Source: the human T2T-CHM13v2.0 reference genome, Homo sapiens
Direction of reading: 5' to 3'
Assembly: GCA_009914755.4 (NCBI GenBank)
Contig: CP086569.2
Coordinates: 4,928,001 to 4,992,000 of the forward strand
Length of the DNA: 64,000 bases
Each line of letters opens with the position of its first letter. The stretch's first letter is position 1. Under the pieces are notes generated by a model, which did not search any database, had not been told where the DNA came from, and saw only the letters and a program-made list of their open reading frames with translations. Position numbers and translations under genes: made by a program. Positions 1-12,397 of the stretch are shown here, piece after piece.

Positions 1-2316
1 ACCAATGACTAAAACCACATGATTATTTCAACAGATGCAGAAAAGGCCTTTGATAAAATTCAACATTCCTTCATGATAAAAACTCTCAATAAACTAGGTA
101 TTAATAGAACATATTTCAAAATAATAAGAGCTATTTATGACAAATACACAGCCAATATCATACTCAATGGGCAAAAGCTGGAAGCATTCCCTTTGAAAAC
201 CAGCATAAGACAAGGATGCCCTCTCTCACCACTCCTATTCAACATGGTGTTGGAAGTTCCAGCTGGAGAAATCAGGCAAGATAAATAAATAACGGTATTC
301 AAATAGGAAGAGAGAAAGTCAACTTGTCTCTGTTTGCAGACAACATGATTCTATATTTAGAAAACACCATCGTCTCAGCCCCAAAACTACTTAAGCTGGT
401 AAGCAATTTCAGCAAAGTCTCAGGATACAAAATCAATGTGCAAAAATCACAAGCATTCCTATACACCAACAACAGACAAGCAGAGAGCCAAATCATGAAT
501 GAACTCCCATTCACAATTGCTATGAAGAGAATAAAACACCTAGGAATGCAGCTAACAAGGGATATGAAGGATCTCTTCAAGGAGAACTGCAAACCATTGC
601 TCGAGAAATAACAGAGGACACAAACAAAAGGAAAAACATTCCAGACTCATAGATAGGAAGAATCAATATCGTGAAAACGGCCATACTGCCCAAAGTAATC
701 TATAGATTCAATTCTGTTCCCATTAAACTACCATTGACATTCTTTACAAAATTAGCAAAAACTACTTTAAATTTCATATGGAACCAAAAAAGAGCCCTTA
801 TAGCCAAGACAATCTTAAGCAAAAACAAACAAACAAAAAACAAAAAACAAAAAAAACAAAGCTGGAGGCATCATGCTACCTGACTTCAAACTATACTACA
901 AGGCTACAATAAGCAAAACTTCGTGGTACTGACATACAATGGAATAGAATAGAGACCTCAGAAATACCACCACACATCTACAACCATCTGATCTTTGATG
1001 AACCTGACAAAAATAGGAATTGGGAAAAGGATTCCCTATTTAACAAATGGTGCTGGGAAAACTGGCTAGCCATATGCAGAAAAGTCTTGATTAAAGACTT
1101 AAATATAAAACTCAAAATCATAAAAAACCCAAAAAGAAATCTTAGGCAATACCATTCAGGACATAGGCATGGGCAAGGACTTCATGATGAAAACGCCAAA
1201 AGCAATTGCAACAAAAGCCAAAATTGACAAATGGGATCTAATTAAGCTAAAGAGCTTCTGCACAGCAAAAAAAAAACTATCATCAGAGTGAACAGGCAAC
1301 CCATTGAATGGGAGAAAATTTCTGCAATCTACCCATCTGACAAAGGTCTAATATCCAGAATCTGCAAGGGACTCACACAAATTTACAAGAAAAAAACCAA
1401 ACAACCCCATCAAAAAGTGGACAAAGGATATGAATCTGCAAGGAACTCACACATATTTACAAGAAAAAAAAACAAACAACCCCATCAAAAAGTGGACAAA
1501 AGATATGAACAGACACTTCTCAAAAGAAGACATTTATGCAGCCAACAACCTTATGAAAAAAAGATCAACATTGCTGATTGTTAGAGAAATACAAATCAAA
1601 ACCACAATGAAATACCATCTCACACCAGTCAGAATGGCGATTATTAAACAGTCAACAAACAATAGATGCTGGAGGCTGTGGAGAAATAGGAATGCTTTGA
1701 CACTGTTGGTGGGAATGTAAATTAGTTCAACCATTGTGTAAGACAGTGTGGCGATTCTTCAAGGATCTAGATCTAGAAATACCATTTGATCCAGCAATCC
1801 CAATACTGGGTATATACCCAAAGGAATATAAATCATTCTACTATAAAGACACAAGCACACATATGTTTATTGCAGCACTGTTTACAATAGCAAAGACATG
1901 GAACCAACCAAAATGCCCATTGATGATAGACTGGATAAAGAAAATGTGGTACATATACACCATGGAATGCTATGCAACCATAAAAAAGAAGGAGCTCATG
2001 CAGGAATATAGATGAAGCTGGGGGCCATTACTTTAGCAAACTAATACAGGAACAGCAAACCAAATATCGTGTGTTCTCACCTGTAAGTGAGAGCTAAACA
2101 AGGAGAACTTCTGGACACATAGAGGGGAACAAGAGACACTGGGGCCTACTGGAAGGTGGAGGGTGGGAGGAGGGAGAGGATCAGCAAAAATAACTAATAG
2201 GTACTAAGCATAATTCCCGGGTGATAAAATAATCTGTACAACAAACACCCATGACACAAGTTTACCTATATAACAAACCTCCACATGTACCTCTGAACTT
2301 AAAAGTTAAGAAAAAA
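1..2316 (+). mobile_element. L1 (LINE-1, L1PA-like) 3' portion: ORF2 RT/C-terminal half and 3'UTR, cut by the window edge. ORF2 is disrupted by stops and frameshifts.
   Basis: Frames translate to recognisable L1 ORF2 peptides ([28 protein letters not shown]..., ...[18 protein letters not shown]...WIKKMWYIYTMEYYA). The canonical L1 3'UTR end ...acctctgaacttaaaagttaagaaaaaa lies at ~2300-2316. An A-rich (CAAAA)n expansion sits at ~826-866. Confidence 0.9.
1361..1509 (+). repeat. Internal tandem duplication (2 x ~74 bp) within the L1 ORF2 remnant
   Basis: Unit 1 (1361-1434) and unit 2 (1435-1509) are near-identical (tctgcaagg[g/a]actcacaca[a/t]atttacaagaaaaaaa..ccccatcaaaaagtggacaaa[g/a]gatatgaa). 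The L1 consensus has a single copy here (…[21 protein letters not shown]…). Confidence 0.8.
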
Positions 2317-3195
2317 TCAAAAGAAGGACAATGTTTTGTGATATGTGAAAATTAAGTGAAATTTCAGTGTCCATAAATGAAGTTTTATTAGAACAAAGCC
2401 ACAGCCATTCATTTATGTAATGCCTATTGCTGCTTTCACACTACAGTGGCAGGATGACTACTTGCAATAGAAACCATATGGTTCAACAATCATAAATTAT
2501 TTACTATCTGCCTTTTTACAGAAAAAAAAAGCCAACTCCTGCTGTAGATCACTCACACTGGAGGAATGTGTGGCTAAAAGAGGGGATACATTTCCCATAA
2601 GACTCAAGGAACACTCATTATCCATTCTTAAGAGAAAATGATAGGGGTTTAACAAGTGATGTGAATGAAACAAAATAGTATCTATGGATTCCCTTTTGGA
2701 ATTTGGAGGAAGAATAATTTTCCAATTTTAGGCATTAAATCCCTGTGAGCATGTGTTTCTGAGTACTATGGTTCTTATGTCAAACATTGCATAAGGGTAG
2801 GGCACAGGTAGAAAGGAGAAAAGAAAACTTTTACTCTATTACCTGTTTTCTTCTCCATGTGTCATGTGAGAATAGAAGCTATATCTCCTTCAAGATGAAC
2901 ATAGTTATTACCTGGGGGTTCTATTCCCTGTTCCCTGATTAGAAGGTAAATGCTGGGAGGAAAATTGCTACTCTGATGCCATAAAGGGACGCTTCTAGAC
3001 TAAAAGGAAAGAATTGTATCCACTTGCAATTTAGCCTATCTTTCTTCATCTTTTGCCCTGTCTTCTTTGGGAATGTGAATGTGATGACTGTTTATTCTAC
3101 ACAATCATAAGGGATACATATTGCCATTTTAGTGGCTATGTTTTGCATTTTGTTAAGGTACACGTTTTAAATTTCTTCCTTGTGCTAAAATATCC

Positions 3196-3256
3196 AGTAT
3201 TTGTGTGTATGTGTATATATACACACACACACAGCACCCACACACATAGTGTATGA
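3196..3256. repeat. (TG)n/(CA)n dinucleotide microsatellite, imperfect
   Basis: gtgtgtgtatgtgtatatatacacacacacacagcacccacacacatag. Confidence 0.85.
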
Positions 3257-4539
3257 CACATATAATGTGCCTTATTTGCATATTATATTTATGTATGAAT
3301 GTGTCTCAATGATAGTGTCATTTTTATAATAATATGATAATATATTGGTATGATCTAATAATTTAGCTTCCTTATTTCATTGGAATACAATTACCAAGGG
3401 GCTTATTGGCCTGTAAAAGAAAACTCCTAGTCGGGATCTAAATGCATTTACAGTAGCCAAATTTACATCTACCAGCTATCTAGACGTCAAATAATATAGA
3501 ACATAGGGGGCCGAAGCAATTTTTACTGATTGTTTCTTAACTGAAGGATAGGACATATGCAGAACAGTTAAATAGCCCTAGGGTCCATGTTTATTATGGC
3601 CAAGAAAGAGAAACGGTAGTCATAAATTAAGTTTATTACATCTTATATATAGCATAGCAAGAGAAGCATGAAAGTAATACCGTATCACTCTCCTTTTCAC
3701 CAATGCATGAATATTAGATTTATGAATTATGCTTAGTAGTTAGTCCATGCATAAAAAAGCATTATAAAATACATATAATATTGCAATATAGCTGCAAAAA
3801 TATAGTTAAGTATCTGAAATTCACTTATATAAACAAAACTATAATAATCCAGTGGGAACTGACTTAATATTCAATGTTTCAGCCAGGACACGAGATCTAA
3901 GTTATTGTTACAAATGTGTACATGACCATTGTCATGTCATTGAATTGCAAGAAAATTCAATTTATTATGTCATTTTCTTTCCATCTGAATTAGGCATATT
4001 TTATATTTGATGTTTTCTTGCTAAAAAGCATTTATAGGCTTTCTCCATTTGACTTTATTTTCTTTCTTTCAATTTGTCATAGATGAGTCCATACTGTGAA
4101 CTTTTTAATTAAATTTTTTAATGATGCTTGTCCCAGCTTTCTAAATATCTAATCTTACCCTTAAGAGTTTAACTTACCATTTAAGTTTAGAGTTTTCTAA
4201 ATATTATTATTTAATTGTCTTATAGTGGCAAGTGTAATGCTCCCTGCATAGTCAGTGTCATCAAAAGCTTATTAACTAAGAGAAACAAAGGTAAGTGTTA
4301 AAATTTAAAGATCACACAGTGAGGGAAGTCTTGGAAAATTGGCAGAAACCTCTCCAAAGTATATCTGTGGGTAATATTACATACTTCATATTCTGTAAGA
4401 TGGTGACAGTAAGGATTAGGACAGATTTGAAGGTTTGATCCTTATTTATAAGCTTCTTGCTTGTGAATAGAAGTCAGACCTACAATTTATTAACTTACCT
4501 TCTTCACTATTTCTACACTGGTCCAAGTCACCATTATCT

Positions 4540-4830
4540 TTCACCTGAATTATTCCAATAGTCTCTATAATTGTCTCCTGTTTTCACATCTTCTTTATCA
4601 CACTGTCTTCTCAATATAGCTGGGAGAGGTTCTATTAAAGGAAGTCAGCTAATTCCTCTTTTCAAATCTCCAAAGTCTGCTTCTCATTTAGAGTAAAACC
4701 CAAGGTCCTTACAGTGGTCTACAAGGCCCTACGAGATCTTCCTTCAGGTCTACCATTTCTTTTCCTACTACTTTCTCCCTCACTCAAACTAGCTTCTTTG
4801 CTCTTCTCTATGAATTGCCATTTATAAGTG
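4540..4830 (+). mobile_element. Probable ancient L2/MIR-family LINE 3'-end remnant
   Basis: Segment ...catttagagtaaaacccaaggtccttacagtggtctacaaggccctacgagatcttccttcaggtctaccatttcttttcctactactttctccctcactc... resembles the L2 3' region (…cttagagtaaaagccaaagtccttacaatggcctacaaggccctacatgatctggcccc…ctcatctcctaccactctcc…). Recalled from memory, not aligned. Confidence 0.4.
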
Positions 4831-6042
4831 ATTATCACATTTCATTTTTAAAATACCATGAAGCCCAGATACTCATGAATTACTCTCTACTTGTTTGCCC
4901 TCTGAATACTTTCTCTAGGACTCACCAGGTACAAACATTGGTACAAAGGAGGCCAAAAACACAGCAATAACAGAAACAGCAAAGACAAGCTCTCTTTGTT
5001 CTCCTTCTGAGATTTTTTGCTAAAACTGCAAATTGTGCCAGGTTGGAAGGAAGAATCAATGACCCATCATGAGCAATGTACACACACTCTTGGTTTTGCC
5101 ATTTTCTTGTCTTTTTGTTGGGCCAGAAGGATACCATTGAAAATTACTGCTTCAGTGCTTTAAAGAGTTAATGTAGCTTCCAGAAAGGCTTATTACACTC
5201 CCCAGGAGTAGCTTATGCATTATGAGAATGTGACTCAGTTTGTTGGCAAAATGCACATCTGCTACAGGACAGGGACAACTGCTGATTAAAGGAGACTTCA
5301 GTGGCCCTAGTCTTTAAGAGCAAGTTGACTGATGGCAAAGTTTTCGAAGATTATATCTAAAGTCCAGTGTCCCTTTTATCACCACCTCCCGTGGGTAATG
5401 ATTGAACATAATTAGCATTATTTTATATGCTCGAATCCTTCTCCCATTACTGTTAACTGTCTTTCTATCGCAGTTTATTGGATTGCCACTGAACTCAATT
5501 TCACTTTGGGCATTCAAGTGAGGCTGAAATTTCTCCCTCTTTCTAGTTAAAATATGTGACATCATCAGAAGTTGGAGGAAATCAGGCATTTATAATGAAT
5601 ATGAGATTGTAGAGCTCCCAATGTAATTAAGATTCTTTTGTCAAAATTTATCTAAATTCACCAGATATGAAAGACTACCACACACACTTCCTTTAGTTTA
5701 CCAATATAATCCTAGTACAGGTGAGTTGTTGTTTAGGCTTATAGTAGCATATGCTGTTTTAGGAAACTTTTTGCAAAGAAATGGGGGAGAGGGAGTACAT
5801 TTCAAAATTGTTTTGAACATTAGGTAGTACAAAATATTTCTAAAAATAAAGAGAAGCTTTTTGGATTTTAGAAATGTTGCTTAATGAACATTGCATTTGA
5901 ACATAATTTTTCATAATTTAAAACCTTATTATATCACCTATTACATAAAGAGAAATCTTAATTGATTTGTCCATTTCAGATGGGGGTGTTGATTGATATT
6001 AGAAATTCAGGCCAATAAGACGCAAAGAGAAACAATAAGTAG

Positions 6043-6383
<341 letters not shown>

Positions 6384-6427
6384 TGAGTGGTTTTACAATA
6401 TTATAATATTTTCTGGTTGGGCAAAGA

Positions 6428-9400
6428 TTTTTTATTTTAGTTTTTTTTTAATTTTTAATTTTTGTGGGTATATATTAGGTATATATATTTATGAGGTAGA
6501 TGAGATACTTTGATACAGGTGTGCAATGCATAATAATTACATCAAAATAGGGCATCTATCCCCTCAAGCACTTATGCTTTGTGTTACAAACAATCCAGTT
6601 TCACTTTACGTTATTTTAAAATGTACTATTTAATTATTATTGACTATAGTCACCCTGCTGTGCTAGAAAATACTAGGTCTTATTCATTCTTTCTATTTTA
6701 TTTTTTACCCATTACCCATCCCCATCTCCCCCAACCCTCGAACTACTCTCCCCAGCCTCTGGTAACCATCTGTCTACTCTCAATGTCCATGAGTTCAATT
6801 GTTTTCATTTATAGATCCCACAAAGAAGTGAAAACATGAAAAGTTTGTCTTTCTGTGCCTGGCTTATTTCACTTAACCCAATGATCTTCATTTCCATCCA
6901 TGCTGTTGCAAATGACAGGATCTCAGCCTTTCTATGATTGAATATCATTGTGTATATGTATGACTTTCTTTTATCCATTCGTCTGTTGATGGACACTTAG
7001 ATTGCTTTCAAGTCTTGGCTATGGTGAACAGTGCTGCAACAAACATGGGGGTGCAGATATCACTTCATTATACTGGTTTCCTTTCTTTGGGGTATATATG
7101 CAGCAGTGGGATGGCGGGATTGTATGGTAGCTTTATATCTAGTTTTTTGAGGAACCTCCAAACTTTTCTCCATAGTGATTGTACTAATTTACATTCCCAC
7201 TAACAGGGTACAAGAGTTCCCTATACTCCACATCCTAACCAACATTTGTTATTGCCTGACTTTAGATATTTCATTTTAATTGGGGTGACATTATATCTCA
7301 TTGTAGTTTTGATTTACATTTGTCTAACAATCAACGTTGAGCAACTTTTCATATACCTGTTTGCTATTTATATTTCTGGTTTTTAGAAATATCTATTGAA
7401 ATCTTTTGCCCATTTTTAATCAGATTATTAGATTTTTTTTCCTATAGAGTTGTTTAACCTCCTCATATGTTCTGGTTATTAATCCTTTATCAGATGTGTA
7501 GCTTTTAAATATTTTCTCCCATTCTGTGTGATGTCTCTTCACTTGGCAAAATGTTTTCTTTGCTGCATAGAAGCTTTTTAACTTGATATGATGCCATTTG
7601 TCCATTTTTGCTTTGGTTGCCTTGGCTTGTAGGGTATGACTCAAGAAATTTTTGCCCAGACCAATGTCCTGGAGCATATCTTCAATGTTTTCTTGTGTTC
7701 ATTTCATAATTTCATGTCTTAGATTTAAGCCTAATTCATTGTGATTTGACTTTTTTGTATATGGTGAGAGACAGGGATCTAGTTTCATTCTTCTGCACAT
7801 GGATATCCAGTTTTCCCAACATCAGTTACTGAAGCGACTGTCTTTGCCCCAGAGTATGTTCTTGGCACCTTTGTTGAAAACGAGTTCACTGTAGGTGTAT
7901 GGATTTATTTCTCGGTTCTCTATTCTGTTCCACTGATCTATGTGTCTGTTTTTAATGTCAGTGCATGCCATTTTTGTTACTATAGCTTTGTAGTAAAATT
8001 TAAAGTCATGTAATGTTATTCCTCCGGTTTTATTCTTTTTTCTCAAGATAGCTTTGTTTACTCTGGGTGTTTGGTGTTCGCATATAAATTTTAAGATTTT
8101 TAAAAATTATTTCTGTGAAGAATGTCATTGGTATTCTTTTAGGGATTTCGTTGAATCTGGAGATTGCATTGAGTAGTGTGGCCATTTTAACAATATTCGT
8201 TCTTCCAATTCATTAACATGGAATGTCTTTCCATTTTTGTGTCCTCTACAGTTTTTTCCAGCACTGTTTTATAATGTTCATTGTCTTGATTTTTCAGTTC
8301 TTCGGTTAGGTTAATTCCTCGGTATTCACTTTTATTTGTGGCTATTGTAAATGGGCTTACTTTTTTTTCCTTTTTACATTGGTCACTGCTAGCATATAGA
8401 AATGCTACTGATTTTTCCATGTTTATTTTCTATCCTGCAATTTTACTAAATTTGTTTACCAGTTGTACGAGTGTTCTTGTGGGGTCCTTAGGTTTTTCCA
8501 AGTATAAGATCATATCATCAGCAAACCAAGATAATTTTACTTCTTCCTTTCCAATTTGGATGCCCTTTATTTCTTTCTCTTGTTTAATTGCCCTAGCTAG
8601 GACTTTCAGTGCTATGTTGAATAACAATGGTTAAAGTGGGTATCCTTGTTGTGTTCCAGATGTTGGAGGAAAGGCTTTCAGTTTTTTTCCCATTCAGTAT
8701 GATACTCAATGTGGGCCTGTTGTATATGCCTTTTATTATATTGAGGTATGTTTCTTCTATCTCTAGTTTTTTCAGGGTTTTTATCATGAAGGGATGTTGA
8801 ATTTTATCAAATACTTTTCTGGGATCAGTTGAAATGATCATATAGTTTTGTCCTTCATTCTGTTGCTATGATGTACCACATCAATTGATTTGCATATGTT
8901 GAATAATTCTTGAATCCCTATGATAAATCCCACTTGACCATGATAAATGATTTTTTTTTTTGAGGCTAATGCAATGACGGCTCACTGCTGTCTCAACTTC
9001 CTGGGCTCATGTGATTCTCCCATCTCAGCCTCCCAAGGAACTGGGACTACAGGTGTTCGCCACCATGCCTGGCTACATTTTTGTAGCTATAGGGTTTCTC
9101 CATGTTGCCCAGGCTGGTCTTGAACTCCTGGGCTCAAGCGATCTGCTCACCTCAGCCTCCCAAAGTACTGGGATTTTAGGCATAAGTCACTGGGCCCAGC
9201 AAATGATCAGTTTAAATGTATTGTTGGATTAAGTTTGCTAGTATTTTATTGAGGATTTTTGCATCAATATTCATCAGAGGTATTGGCTTGTAGTTTTCTT
9301 TCTTCACATGTCTTTGCTTTTGGTATGAGAGTAATACTGGCCTCATAGAATGAATTTGGAAGTATTCCCTTCTGCTTTATTCTTTGGAGTAGTTTGAGTA

Positions 9401-12397
9401 GGATTGGCATTAGTTCTTCTATAAATGTTTGGTAGAATTCAACAGTGAAGCCATTGGGTCCCAGGCCTTTTTTTTTTTTTTCTAGAAACTTCATATTATT
9501 GTTTTGTTCTTATTACTTGTTAGTGGTCTTTTCAGGTTTTGGATTTCTGCGTGCTTCAATGTTTGTAGGTTGTATGTGTCTATGAATTAATTTGTTTCTT
9601 CTAGGTTTTCCTTTATAGACACAGAGTAGCTCATAATCCTTTAAATTAGTCCTTTAAATAATCCTTTAAATTACTGTGGTTTCAGTCATAATGTCTCCTT
9701 TTTCATCTCTGATTTTGTATATTTGTGTCTTCTCTCTTTCTTCTCAGTTTGCCTAAAAGTTTGTCAATTATGTCTTCAAAAAGCCAACTTTTCATTTCTT
9801 TGATCTTGTGTATCATTTCCTTATTTCAATTTCATTTATTTCTCCTCCAATCTTTATTATTTATTTTCTTCTACTAATGTTGAGTTTGGTTTGCTCTTGT
9901 TTTTCCAGTTTTTTAAGATGCATAGTTAGGTTATGTATTTGAAGTTTTTCTTTTTCTTTTTTTTTTTAAATGTAAGCACTTACAGCTATAAACTTTCCAC
10001 TTAGGAGTACTTTTGCTGTTCCCATAGGTTTTGATATGTTGTGTTTTTATTATCATTTGTTTTAAAACATCTTTCAATTTTCTTCTTAATTTCTTCATTG
10101 ACTCACTGGTAATTCAGCATTTTATTTAATTTCCCTGTGTTTGTATAGTTCCCAAATACCTCTTGTTATTGATTTCTAGGCTTATCAAATGGTGTTTTTA
10201 GAAGATGCTTGATATGATTTCAACTTTTTGGATGTTTAAAGACCCATTTTGTGACTTAAGGTATGGTCTATCCTTGAGAATGATCCATGTGCTGAAGAAA
10301 AGGATGCGTATTATGCAGCTGTTGGATGAAATGTTCTGTAAATATCTATTAGGTCCACTTGCTCTATAGTGCAGATTAAGTCAGATGTTTAATTTGCTGC
10401 CTGAAAGATCTGTCCAGTGCTAAAAGTGGGGTGCTGAAGTCTCCAGCTATTATTGTGTTGGGGTCTATTACTCTCTTTAACTCTAATATTTTTTATATAT
10501 ATTTGGGTGCTCCAGCATTGGGTGAATATTTATTTACTATTGTTATATCCTCTTTCTGAATTGACTACTTTATCATTATACTATAACCTTCTTTGTCTCT
10601 TTTTTCAGTTTTTGCCTTGAAATCCATTTTGTCTGATATCAGTATAGCTACTCCTGCTCTTTTTTGGTTTCCGTTGACACAGAATATCTTTTTTCATTTT
10701 GTAAATTTTCAGTCTGTGTGTACGTTTATAGATGAACTATGTTTATTGTAATCAACACATCATTGGGAATTGCTTTTTTTATCCATTCAGCTGTTTTATG
10801 CCTTTTGAATGGAGAGTTTAGTCTATTTATATTCAATGTAATTATTGATAAGTAAAGACTTACTCCTTCCTTTTTGTTATTGGTTTTCTGTTTGTTTTGT
10901 GGTCTTTTCTTCCTTTTCTTCATCCTTCCTGTCTTACTTTTACTGAAGGTGATTTTCTCTGGTGGCAAGATTTAATTTCTTGGTCTTTAATTTTTGTATA
11001 TCCATTTTAGTGTTGTTTTTTGAGATTACCATGAGGCTTGCAAATATCATCTTATAACCCATTATTTTAAGCTGATAACACCTTAACATTGTTTGCATAA
11101 ACAAACAAGCAAAAATAAAACTAATAAAAACTTTACACCTTAACTTTGTTTCCCTAGTTTTTAACTTTTTTGTTTCTGTTTATATCTTATTATACTGTCT
11201 TGTAATTATTATTTTTGAGTGGTTAATTGTTTAGACTTTCTACTTAGGATAACAGTAGTTTATACACCACAGTTACAGTGTTATATTATTCTGTGTTTTT
11301 CTGTGTGCTTACTGTCACCAGTGAGTTTTATACCTTAGGATGATTTCTTCCTGCTCATTAATGTCCTTTTCTTTCAGGTTGAAGCATTCCCTTTAGCATT
11401 TCTTGTAGCACGTATCTGGTGTTTATGAAATTCCTCAGCTTTTGTTTCTCTGGGAAAATATTTATTTCTCCTTCATGCTCCAGGGATATTTTTGCCAATT
11501 TTTGCTATTATCTGGTAAAAGTTTTTTCCTTCAGCACTTTAAATATGTCCTGACTATCTCTTCTGGCCTGTAAGGTTTCGACTGAAAAGTTTGCTGCCAG
11601 ATGTAATGGAGCTTTGTTGTATGTTATTTGTTTCTTCTCTCTTGCTGCTTTTAGGTTCTTTTCCTTAGAATTGACCTTTGGGAAGTTGATTATTAAATGC
11701 CTTGAGGTAGTCTTCTTTAGGTTAAATCTGCTTGGTGTTCTATAACTTTCTTGTACTTGAATGTTGATATCACTCTCTAGGTTTGAGAAATTTCCTGATA
11801 TTATCCATTTAAATATACTTTCTACCCCTATCTGTTTCTCTACCTCCTTTTGAAGGCCAATAACTCTTATATGTGCCCTTTCGAGGTTATTACCTAGATA
11901 GCAATAGCTTTCAAGTGTGCTTTATGCTTTCATATTCTTTTTTCTTTTATCTACGTTGACTTTTCAAATAGCCTGTCTTTACGTTCACTAATTATTTCTT
12001 CTGCTTGATTAATTCTGCTGTTAAAAGAGTCGATGCATTCTTTAGTATGCCAATTTCAATTTTCAACTCCATAATTTCTGCTTGATACTTTTAAATTATT
12101 GCTATCTCTTTGTAAGTTTATCTGATAGAATTCTAAATTCATACTCTGTGCTATCTTGAATCTCTTTGAGTTTTCTCAAAGCAGATATTTTGAATTATCT
12201 GTCTCAAAGGGCATATATCTCTGTTTCTTCAGGATTGATCTGTGATGTTTTATTTAGTTCCTTTGGTGAGAATATGTTTTCCTGGAGGTTACTGATGCTC
12301 GTAGATGTTTGTTTATGTCTGTGTATTGAGGAGTTAGGTGTTTATTGTACTCTTCACAGTCTGGGATTCTGTTTCCCATCTTTCTTCTGATGGTCTT
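6428..12397 (-). mobile_element. Old full-length L1 ('L1 no.1', L1PB/older L1PA-type), 3' end through ORF2 and ORF1 into the start of the 5'UTR. Interrupted at 12398 by a THE1 insertion and resumes at 15117.
   Basis: Plus strand shows the antisense L1 3' terminus (T-tail ~6440-6449, then aatttttaatttttgtgggtatatatt…ttacccattacccatccccatctccccc…). Minus-strand frames give L1 ORF2 peptides: RT ([29 protein letters not shown]…; …[16 protein letters not shown]…), endonuclease N-terminus (…LSIITLNINRLNSPFKRHKTAEWIKK…) and …[17 protein letters not shown]…. Confidence 0.88.
8951..9200 (-). mobile_element. Alu SINE (old, AluJ/FLAM-like, 5'-truncated) nested inside L1 no.1
   Basis: tttttttttttgaggctaatgcaatgacggctcactgc…cagcctcccaaggaactgggactacaggtg…cctgggctcaagcgatc…cccaaagtactgggattttaggcataagtcactgggcccagc. 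Flanked by an aaatgat TSD (8945-8951 and 9201-9207). Confidence 0.8.
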
